Shown in pieces: positions 1 to 7,340 of a stretch of DNA of 64,000 nucleotides. A program made the translations under genes and the position numbers. The notes beneath the pieces were generated by a model. That model was given only the letters and a program-made list of their open reading frames with translations. It did not search any database and had not been told where the DNA came from. The DNA is from Candidatus Pacearchaeota archaeon (GTDB taxonomy: Archaea; Nanobdellota; Nanobdellia; Pacearchaeales; GW2011-AR1), in NCBI GenBank assembly GCA_041656875.1, contig JBBACR010000001.1:325386-389385 (forward strand). The letters run 5' to 3'. The first letter of the stretch is position 1, and each line of letters begins with the position of its first letter.

Positions 1-577
1 ATCTTTCGTATGGAATTTCTTCATATAATTTTGAATCATCGTTATTGAAAATATAGCATGTTATCTTTCCTGTTTTGAGATTCTTAATTATCTTATAGCA
101 AAAAGCAGGAACTATTATGTTGTCTTTTTGTTCAAAAGAAAACCCGCCACAAATTATTAATAGCGAATCGTTTTGTGACTGTTTACGAACCTTTGTTTCA
201 ATAGTTTTCCAGTGTCCTCTATTGCATTCAACAGTTTGAGGTAATGCATTATAAAATCTGAACGTTTCTTCTTCATATTGACAGTTATATGCAAAATCTT
301 CTGCGTTTGCCATATGACCTATGTCATAACCTGAATGCGAATAATTTTTATTTGACTGTCCTGTTTTAATGCCATCTGTTTTAAATGTGAAATGTTCATC
401 TGCTCTACTGCATGTTCCACCGCCATGATATAATTTGTAAACAACAAACAAGGGATTTTTTGCATCATAACTGAAGTAACTTTTATAAATATCAGTAGTT
501 ATAACGGTATCAACTTTTTGACCGAATGATGATAATGTTATAAAAGCAAACATTAAAATTAAAAGAATCTTTTTCAT
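1..577 (-). CDS. secreted DNA/RNA non-specific endonuclease (Endonuclease_NS / NucA-like); 3' end runs off window start
   Basis: Not in ORF track (truncated). Minus-strand ATG at 575-577; translation MKKILLILMFAFITLSSFGQ (signal peptide) ... SGYDIGHMANAEDF (DRGH-type catalytic motif) ... YNALPQ (N-x-x-PQ metal-binding motif). Confidence 0.6.
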   Translation of the reverse strand, partial: MKKILLILMFAFITLSSFGQKVDTVITTDIYKSYFSYDAKNPLFVVYKLYHGGGTCSRADEHFTFKTDGIKTGQSNKNYSHSGYDIGHMANAEDFAYNCQYEEETFRFYNALPQTVECNRGHWKTIETKVRKQSQNDSLLIICGGFSFEQKDNIIVPAFCYKIIKNLKTGKITCYIFNNDDSKLYEEIPYER

Positions 578-584
578 ATAGTAA

Positions 585-1067
585 TTATTTTCGTGTTATC
601 ATTGACTCCAACTTGAATCCAATGCAATATCTTTTAGGTTTTTCGACAATAAGATTCGATACTTTACGTTTTTTACTTTGCGGAATAGAAACAACAGCTT
701 TAATTTTCATGTTAAATCGTTGCTCAAATTCAAATACAAGAATTGAATCGTTTTGCGAATTATCGTATATTACATTATTTGTTCCGTATTCATATAATCT
801 TAATATAGGCATATATTCATAACTTGAGCATATGCTCATTCTATAATCTCTGCCAGAAAAAATGTCAAATACTGTTTCAAGTATTTCAACATCTGAAATA
901 TTCGCACTTTTACTTACGCCTTGTCCTTTATCGTTCACAACCAATTGATAACTGTCATGATAATTATTTACAGTATCATTATGGCATGTATTCCAATATC
1001 CGTTGCAATCTTGAGATTTTAAATTTAAAGACAAAAACAAAAGAACGAATAATAGAATGTATCTCAT
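585..1067 (-). CDS. secreted hypothetical protein (N-terminal signal peptide); possible partner/inhibitor of the adjacent nuclease
   Basis: ORF track 160 aa; MRYILLFVLLFLSLNLKSQ hydrophobic leader; immediately upstream of the nuclease gene on the same strand. Confidence 0.45.
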   Translation of the reverse strand: MRYILLFVLLFLSLNLKSQDCNGYWNTCHNDTVNNYHDSYQLVVNDKGQGVSKSANISDVEILETVFDIFSGRDYRMSICSSYEYMPILRLYEYGTNNVIYDNSQNDSILVFEFEQRFNMKIKAVVSIPQSKKRKVSNLIVEKPKRYCIGFKLESMITRK

Positions 1068-1471
1068 ATTTTAAATATTTTTAAAGGTTTTTTTGTTTTT
1101 TTAGCATATTTTATACTATCATTTGTACCTGATGATACGCCATCCCAAAAAGCAATAACAATATGGGCATTATCAACAATATCTTTATTTCTTCGCATTC
1201 CTGCATTTGCATCATATTGTTTACCCCACTTGTTGATTAATATTCTTGCATTTGGATGTGATAAATCATCCCAAGATGGTATGAAAATTAATGTTTCTAA
1301 CGAATTTTCATTAGCCCATTTTTCACCCAATTTGTCTGCGCCGTTTGCGCCACCTGATACTACTGTTATTTTATGATCTTTATAATATTCTTTTAAAGTG
1401 TTCATGACACTTTTCAATTTATCATAATCATTAAAAGATCTTGAACCAACAATAGCAATTTTAAGATTCAT
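1064..1471 (-). CDS. SLOG-fold (DUF2493 / DprA-LOG-like) Rossmann protein
   Basis: IAIVGSRSF ... VVSGGANGAD glycine-rich motifs typical of the SLOG/DUF2493 family; class B motif upstream. Confidence 0.4.
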   Translation of the reverse strand: MNLKIAIVGSRSFNDYDKLKSVMNTLKEYYKDHKITVVSGGANGADKLGEKWANENSLETLIFIPSWDDLSHPNARILINKWGKQYDANAGMRRNKDIVDNAHIVIAFWDGVSSGTNDSIKYAKKTKKPLKIFKI

Positions 1472-1483
1472 ACAGTCAATACT

Positions 1484-1510
1484 AAAATTTATTTATATAT
1501 TATATACAAG
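1484..1510 (-). promoter_or_regulatory. class B AT-rich start-proximal motif
   Basis: gene-sense TTGTATATAATATATAAATAAATTT, 20 nt before ATG. Confidence 0.4.
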
Positions 1511-1561
1511 AAAAGCAAATAGTTTCCTACTTGCTTATCAGTTATTTGAATTTATATTTCG

Positions 1562-2575
1562 TTATTCCTTGTGAAACATGTAGTTTTCGCTTTTCGGCGT
1601 TGTGTCATTAAAATATCCAGTGTATTCTTTACCGCCGTACGTAAATGAATAATTCTTTCCAGTTTTTATTGATAAACTACGTGCAATGGATTTATCTAAA
1701 AGAAACGTATTATATTTTGACCATGGAAATACATATTTCGATAATTCAGATTCAGGACCATAATTTTCAGAAACAAACTCATCCCAAGTTGGTATTAGAT
1801 TTTTCTTAATTGGATTTGCTGATTCTTCTTTTGCAAATGGCTCTTTAAAATCAATTACACCTTTTTCTAAATCATCTATTGCACCCGGTGCTTTTGCAGG
1901 CTGTGGCATATAAACTCTGTCAGGTGCATCTTTAATTGGTTGATTTGATTTTCTCAACAATAAAACATTATTCCACATGTAATCTGCAAGTTCATCTTTA
2001 CTTTTTGTGTATGCATCCAAAACAGTTTCCGTTACGTTTTTCTTTACGTATGATTTAAACGCTTCTTCAGACATGTCATAAAGATTTGTTCCTTCAGGTG
2101 ACGACGTTGGTATTTTATTTGAATTTGCAGCAATTGCGAGTTGAATAATTTTTAATGCTTCAATAGGTTCAACATTTATTTTCATATCGTTAACAATAAC
2201 TCTAGTATTAGGATTAACAATATATGCTTCAACCCATCGGTGATGGCCATCAATAATGTACTTACCGTTTAATGTAACAACTGGTGAATTATTAATTGCA
2301 GCCGCACGGCCTTTAAGCATATCATGTAAACTATCTAAAGATTTACCTGCTAATGAATGCTTAATTGACGATTCAAGTAAAAGTTGTTTTTGACAAGGTA
2401 TTAAATTTCTTGCAACAACTTCGCCTGTTGTAAATTTTATCTTTTCGTCATCTGGAAAACCATCTTCACGTCCCGATTTGATTAAAGATTTAACTTTATC
2501 CTTTGCAGCGTCATCCATTAATTGTTTGACAAATCGAGTATATCCTAATTTTACGATATTAGATAAGTATGACAT
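1562..2575 (-). CDS. ParB/Srx-like nuclease domain protein
   Basis: YIIDGHHRWVEAY contains the DGHHR ParB N-terminal (ParBc) signature; 337 aa. Confidence 0.5.
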   Translation of the reverse strand: MSYLSNIVKLGYTRFVKQLMDDAAKDKVKSLIKSGREDGFPDDEKIKFTTGEVVARNLIPCQKQLLLESSIKHSLAGKSLDSLHDMLKGRAAAINNSPVVTLNGKYIIDGHHRWVEAYIVNPNTRVIVNDMKINVEPIEALKIIQLAIAANSNKIPTSSPEGTNLYDMSEEAFKSYVKKNVTETVLDAYTKSKDELADYMWNNVLLLRKSNQPIKDAPDRVYMPQPAKAPGAIDDLEKGVIDFKEPFAKEESANPIKKNLIPTWDEFVSENYGPESELSKYVFPWSKYNTFLLDKSIARSLSIKTGKNYSFTYGGKEYTGYFNDTTPKSENYMFHKE

Positions 2576-2587
2576 TAATTTTATTTT

Positions 2588-2869
2588 TTAAGCTTTTTCA
2601 AATCTCGATGAATTTAAAGAACGAATATCTTTTGAACTATCTTCAATTGCGTATACTCGTAAGTTACTTCCATCATATCCATCTGCAATAAAAATCTGTC
2701 CAATTGGGTATTTCTTAAATCCTGCAATTGCGGAACCTAACATTGTATGCTCACTTTTTTGGACTTCATTATATGCAGCATCTGTTAATTTTACTTTATC
2801 ACCTCTTTTAAAATTAGATGAATTTGATTCATTGATGAATTCTTCGATTGTAGGTATTCTTCTTTTCAT
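2588..2869 (-). CDS. RIPT-leader family protein (93 aa), start revised to internal Met
   Basis: ORF track 2588..2914; upstream gene stop at 2871; true start MKRRIPTIEEFINE matches the conserved leader. Confidence 0.55.
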   Translation of the reverse strand: MKRRIPTIEEFINESNSSNFKRGDKVKLTDAAYNEVQKSEHTMLGSAIAGFKKYPIGQIFIADGYDGSNLRVYAIEDSSKDIRSLNSSRFEKA

Positions 2870-2870
2870 A

Positions 2871-3152
2871 TTATTCGCCTGTAACGTCTGACCACGTGTA
2901 TATGTTATTTGCATTTTTCGTTATTGATAAAATGACAGTCTCATCTTTTTCAAGTTTTCTTTCAAGCCATTCGATAATTCCTTTGCCATTTGTTATGCTT
3001 GTAATTGTCGATTCTTCAACTTTTGGCGCAGGTGCTGTTTCAGCTTCCTCATCTGTTGTTATGAATGCATCAAACGTTTTGAATTTTTCTTCTTGATTTT
3101 CTTGTTCGTTTGGAACTTCTGAATTGATTAATTCTTTAAAATCTTTTATCAT
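2871..3152 (-). CDS. hypothetical acidic protein
   Basis: ORF track 93 aa, tightly packed co-directional array. Confidence 0.4.
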   Translation of the reverse strand: MIKDFKELINSEVPNEQENQEEKFKTFDAFITTDEEAETAPAPKVEESTITSITNGKGIIEWLERKLEKDETVILSITKNANNIYTWSDVTGE

Positions 3153-3159
3153 GATTACT

Positions 3160-3840
3160 TTATTTTGTTAAGCTTGCGTATAATGCAGCATAGTGTTCTG
3201 CTTTTTGTTTTATTTCAGCAATACGAGTTTTCATTCTGGCTTGGTCAATTTCTTGTACGCCATTGCTAATCCAATCTGTTGTTTTTGCCTTTGTTTTTGC
3301 AATTTCTTCTGTTGGCGCTTGCACAAATTCAACAGTTCCGCCATAACCCCAACCTTTATATGGGTCAGTGTATATAAATACTTCAAACCATTTATCTTTG
3401 AATGCTTCTGGCATTTTTTCATACATATAAGATTCGATATCATTCCATCCTATCCATTTGCCATTATCATATTCCAAATCAACACTTGTTCCTGCAATTC
3501 TATCAGTTGTAATAACTTTTATATCATTATTGCTATCTATATAAAATGTATATTTGCCATTAAATGAAGAAGGACCCCATTGTCTGTCTAGTGCTTTCGT
3601 GTAACTTTTCGATTGCAAAATTTCTGAAAACCATCCATGGCCTTTTGCTTCATTTGATACAAATTTTTTAATGATATCATATGTATCAGGACCAAATTTT
3701 ATAGGACTTAATCCTTTTAAAATTTTACTTAGATACTTTATAAGTGCATTATCGACATCGGTATTTCTTGCTTCATTTAATACATTAATTTTTTGATTTT
3801 CATTAATGTATTCTTCAATCGTTGGTATTCTTCTATTCAT
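3160..3840 (-). CDS. RIPT-leader family protein (226 aa)
   Basis: MNRRIPTIEEYINE leader; class B motif 8 nt upstream of ATG. Confidence 0.6.
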   Translation of the reverse strand: MNRRIPTIEEYINENQKINVLNEARNTDVDNALIKYLSKILKGLSPIKFGPDTYDIIKKFVSNEAKGHGWFSEILQSKSYTKALDRQWGPSSFNGKYTFYIDSNNDIKVITTDRIAGTSVDLEYDNGKWIGWNDIESYMYEKMPEAFKDKWFEVFIYTDPYKGWGYGGTVEFVQAPTEEIAKTKAKTTDWISNGVQEIDQARMKTRIAEIKQKAEHYAALYASLTK

Positions 3841-3847
3841 ATAAAAC

Positions 3848-3870
3848 TTATTTTATTATATATTCACAAA
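3848..3870 (-). promoter_or_regulatory. class B motif
   Basis: gene-sense TTTGTGAATATATAATAAAATAAG. Confidence 0.45.
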
Positions 3871-3876
3871 TAAAAC

Positions 3877-4611
3877 TTAAAATAATCCTTTTGCGCCTTT
3901 ATGATCTTTTTGAAAATAACAAAAAAGACATTTGTGTGCACATTGCGCTCTACTATTCAACAATTCAAATTTATTATCTAAACAATGACAAGTAGTTCGT
4001 TGGTATCCTGCTGGTTTTCCAGGTTCAACTCCAAGAATTTGACAATCCAATTCTGATATACAAGGTGTTGACGGTAATCCTTCTTCTGCACATAATGCTG
4101 GCATTTCAAATTCTCGCCATATTCTTTTTCTTATATCTAAAGGTAAATTGAAAGATGTGTATTTTAATTGAAAACCTTTTTCTTCAATTCTTTTTTGCGT
4201 ATGTGGATAGTTATCGTAAAACGATATTCTTACTCTACACATGTTTTCTTTAAGATTTGCTTTTGCCTCTTTCCACACATTTATCGAATTATACATATAA
4301 TTGGATATTGGCATTATCGGGTCAATTCTTAAAACAACACGTTGCGGACCTAATAATTCAACAAATTTATAAAGGTATTCTAAACTTTCTTTTGCGGATG
4401 GTGCATTAGGTTCTAAAGCAGTTCCACCATTTCCTGTTATTGTACAATGCACAATAATATTATAAGGTACATTAAGTTCGCTTATAATTTCATATATTTT
4501 TTTAGGGTTTTTAGATATAATGATTGCGGGATTCTTTTCAGATACCCATTTAATCCAACGATGGTCAAATGCAGCATCCCCATGTTCCGTAATTCCTATT
4601 TTTCTCGACAT
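3877..4611 (-). CDS. Cys-rich protein with C-terminal CX3CX2C (radical-SAM-like 4Fe-4S motif), DUF1848-like
   Basis: C-terminus ...AQCAHKCLFCYFQ = C-x3-C-x-F-C; additional Cys pairs CHC, CISELDC; class B-like motif upstream. Confidence 0.4.
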   Translation of the reverse strand: MSRKIGITEHGDAAFDHRWIKWVSEKNPAIIISKNPKKIYEIISELNVPYNIIVHCTITGNGGTALEPNAPSAKESLEYLYKFVELLGPQRVVLRIDPIMPISNYMYNSINVWKEAKANLKENMCRVRISFYDNYPHTQKRIEEKGFQLKYTSFNLPLDIRKRIWREFEMPALCAEEGLPSTPCISELDCQILGVEPGKPAGYQRTTCHCLDNKFELLNSRAQCAHKCLFCYFQKDHKGAKGLF

Positions 4612-4621
4612 CTATAATTTT

Positions 4622-4645
4622 TGTTTTTTGTTATATATTCATATT
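4622..4645 (-). promoter_or_regulatory. class B-like motif
   Basis: gene-sense ATATGAATATATAACAAAAAAC. Confidence 0.35.
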
Positions 4646-4654
4646 TTTAAACTG

Positions 4655-4702
4655 AAAAACCTTGACTAATATCACTAAAAGCAATCGTAGTCAAGGTTTT
4701 TG
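4655..4702. terminator. bidirectional rho-independent terminator hairpin after thyX
   Basis: aaaaa-CCTTGACTA-(19 nt loop)-TAGTCAAGG-ttttt. Confidence 0.6.
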
Positions 4703-4733
4703 ATTATTTTAGAATCGCGATATCACGTATTCT

Positions 4734-5462
4734 TTAGAATGTGATATCATCAAAAATAATTGGAATTTGTTTTTTGAAATCCTCAAGTAACGGAATTGTC
4801 AATTCACGCATTTGTGGATGTGCTGCGGTAGAACAACGAAGTTTGAAAAAATGTCTCCATTCACGAAGATTGCATGCCATATTGATTTCTGTTTTTAATG
4901 AATTTGGCAATACCGCTCTTGCTTCTTGAGGTTTCCAACCACGTTTTAATAAAGATTGATATGAAATTTCAGCAGTTGCCATTGCATTTAAAAATACAAG
5001 TTCATTGTAATCTTTATCTGTAAATTCTTGTTCTTCGGGTATTTCTGCAAATTGTTTTGCAATAAGTTTACTGTCATGAATTCCTAATTGAATTTCATCA
5101 ACCCATGGCGGTAGTATAAATTGAATATCAGCACCATTTTTTTGTTCGTCAGAGTAATCAACATATCGTGTTGATTCTTGAGCAAAACTTGCAATACGAT
5201 GTCTTACTAGTTCGTGTGAAACACCACGATCACAAGTGAACTTAACAGATATCATTCCACCAAATTCAAGCATTGCTTCATGACCTTTTGAAAGCAGAAC
5301 ACCTTTGATTAATTTTCTAGCAGAAATAGCTTCACCATTTTCTCCATGTTCAATTCGACCTTCGGATTTATAACATGTGCGAGCAGCAACTTCAATTTGT
5401 TTTAGAATTTGTTCTCCATCTATTGGAGTAGTAATTGTGTAAGAAGGTTTTATTAATTTCAT
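4734..5462 (-). CDS. thyX: FAD-dependent thymidylate synthase ThyX
   Basis: VRHRIASFAQESTRY = ThyX RHRx7-8S motif; 242 aa typical length; hairpin terminator immediately downstream. Confidence 0.85.
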   Translation of the reverse strand: MKLIKPSYTITTPIDGEQILKQIEVAARTCYKSEGRIEHGENGEAISARKLIKGVLLSKGHEAMLEFGGMISVKFTCDRGVSHELVRHRIASFAQESTRYVDYSDEQKNGADIQFILPPWVDEIQLGIHDSKLIAKQFAEIPEEQEFTDKDYNELVFLNAMATAEISYQSLLKRGWKPQEARAVLPNSLKTEINMACNLREWRHFFKLRCSTAAHPQMRELTIPLLEDFKKQIPIIFDDITF

Positions 5463-5498
5463 AAAAATAAAAGGATTAATGTATAATATTTGTATACA

Positions 5499-5735
5499 TT
5501 AATCCTTAATAGTTTTAGGTAATTTTAATGAGTAATACGGATTATACTGATATGCAATTAACGGATATGCTAATTCGATATTTGCATATTTTGTAATGAT
5601 TCCTCTGTTTTTATTATATCTTTCAATCGTTAAATAGCCATTCATTATACCTTGGTATGTTCCACGACCAAGACATTTAATGTACTTCTTTTTTAATTTT
5701 CTAGGCAGTTTCATTTTCGATTGAAATAGGAACAA
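5499..5735 (-). CDS. hypothetical small protein
   Basis: ORF track 78 aa; overlaps next ORF by 35 nt. Confidence 0.3.
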   Translation of the reverse strand: MFLFQSKMKLPRKLKKKYIKCLGRGTYQGIMNGYLTIERYNKNRGIITKYANIELAYPLIAYQYNPYYSLKLPKTIKD

Positions 5736-5928
5736 CTTCGATAAACTCAGGTGCCATATAAAGATGCATTAAAGTTCCGCATTCTCGCGAATCTAAACTG
5801 CAATATTTGTACTTCTTTTTGCCGTACCACGTACGATAAGGTATTTCAACCATAAAATCATGTACGTATTCAGATTGTCGAAGTATTTCTTCTTTTTCTG
5901 CTTCAGTACTTACCGTAATTTTTAACAT
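5701..5928 (-). CDS. hypothetical small protein
   Basis: ORF track 75 aa. Confidence 0.35.
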   Translation of the reverse strand: MLKITVSTEAEKEEILRQSEYVHDFMVEIPYRTWYGKKKYKYCSLDSRECGTLMHLYMAPEFIEVVPISIENETA

Positions 5929-6137
5929 GATATTCCTGTTGGCTTGTGAATTACTTTTATTGCTGTTACTTCGTACCGAGGATTTCTTTCGAAACGATCA
6001 TTTGATACATCACATTGAACAAACTCAATTGTTATTTCATTTACCGGTACTTTAAGATCTGCAGCAATTAATTCAGCTAATTGCTTCTTCTTAATTTCAT
6101 ACGTTTTTGTAACGTTTTCACCATTTATGATTCCCAT
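5922..6137 (-). CDS. hypothetical small protein
   Basis: ORF track 71 aa. Confidence 0.35.
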   Translation of the reverse strand: MGIINGENVTKTYEIKKKQLAELIAADLKVPVNEITIEFVQCDVSNDRFERNPRYEVTAIKVIHKPTGISC

Positions 6138-6138
6138 A

Positions 6139-6807
6139 TTACTTTGTATTATTTATATGAATGTCAACTACTTTTCTTTTAAATTGTCCAAGATTATATT
6201 TATCTTTATTGCCGGTGTATCCGCCATGTTTAAAACCTTTTTCTGTCCATATGAAAAAATCAGCAGGACCTTTTAAGCCTTTTTGAAAAATAACAACGTC
6301 ATTTTTAGTTGAACCTTGAGAAACAAATTTAATCGTGCAATTTTCTCCACCCCATGAAACTGTGTTAGGACATGCGTGTATAAGATTTTCAATTGAATGC
6401 TTAATATCAATTGGCAATTGCGTTATTTCGATATCTTGGTCGTATACGTTAATGTTATTTTGATATTCTTTTATTTTTGCTTCCCATTTTTTGTTTTTAT
6501 GCAAAATTTCTGGCAAGATATCATTTACAATATCAATTCCGGTTTTTTCACCAAGTTCGATATAAATACTTAATAAACATTGTAAAGCATCGGCCAATTC
6601 TTCCTTTAAGTGTTCTTTATCGTATGGCTTATAAGTATGTCCTAAGTACTTCAATGCTTCAGCTGTCATTTCACCAAATTCTTCATCGAACTTCATGAAC
6701 TTTGCTTCAATCGGTTTTGTTTCAAGTTTATTCAATCTTTCGATGTCATCAAGGATTACATGCAATTGCAATCCTAGTATTGTGTTTCTGTCGAGATTAT
6801 GATTCAT
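6139..6807 (-). CDS. MazG-like NTP pyrophosphohydrolase fused to a ~75-aa C-terminal domain shared with the next gene
   Basis: EEFGEMTAEALKY ... EELADALQCLLSIYIELG MazG EExxE/EELxD motifs; C-term WGGENCTIKFVS...GPADFF...HGGYTGNK paralogous to 6797..7339. Confidence 0.6.
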   Translation of the reverse strand: MNHNLDRNTILGLQLHVILDDIERLNKLETKPIEAKFMKFDEEFGEMTAEALKYLGHTYKPYDKEHLKEELADALQCLLSIYIELGEKTGIDIVNDILPEILHKNKKWEAKIKEYQNNINVYDQDIEITQLPIDIKHSIENLIHACPNTVSWGGENCTIKFVSQGSTKNDVVIFQKGLKGPADFFIWTEKGFKHGGYTGNKDKYNLGQFKRKVVDIHINNTK

Positions 6808-7339
6808 GATATTTTATGTTATTTTTATTAACGTTATTAATATAATATGCAAGTTCAACAATTGTGTATGATTCTTTATATCCGGTGTATGCACCATGAT
6901 AAAATTTGCCTTCTTTGTAATAGAACCAATCAGCAGGTCCTCGTACGCCTGCCTCGAAAACAATGATATCGTCGTATGTTGGATTTCCGCTTACAAATTC
7001 AATCGTTTTATTTTTACCGCCTCTTGAAACCATGTCAGGATACATTGCGACCAATTCGTCAATCATACCATTTATTTCCTTTGGTAATTTTGAATCGTTT
7101 TCGCCAGATAAAAGAATCAAAAATGAATTAGTTTTTAATGGACATTCCTCAAAAATTTCGTGTTTGATTGTAGGTTCAACATTTGAATCGTTATGATAAG
7201 CAAGTAACTTAAAATAACTACCTTCATTTAACGTATCTTTATGATTACACGAAATTTGAAACATTGAGCCAGAACCTTTTATAAAATGCTTATAAACAAA
7301 CGGACAATTATGGCAGTTTGTTACTTTGATTTCTTCCAT
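6797..7339 (-). CDS. hypothetical protein with CxxC N-terminus and the shared GGxNxTIxFVS...GPADxF...HGxYTGxK domain
   Basis: C-terminal ~75 aa aligns residue-by-residue with C-terminus of 6139..6807. Confidence 0.45.
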   Translation of the reverse strand: MEEIKVTNCHNCPFVYKHFIKGSGSMFQISCNHKDTLNEGSYFKLLAYHNDSNVEPTIKHEIFEECPLKTNSFLILLSGENDSKLPKEINGMIDELVAMYPDMVSRGGKNKTIEFVSGNPTYDDIIVFEAGVRGPADWFYYKEGKFYHGAYTGYKESYTIVELAYYINNVNKNNIKYHES

Positions 7340-7340
7340 A

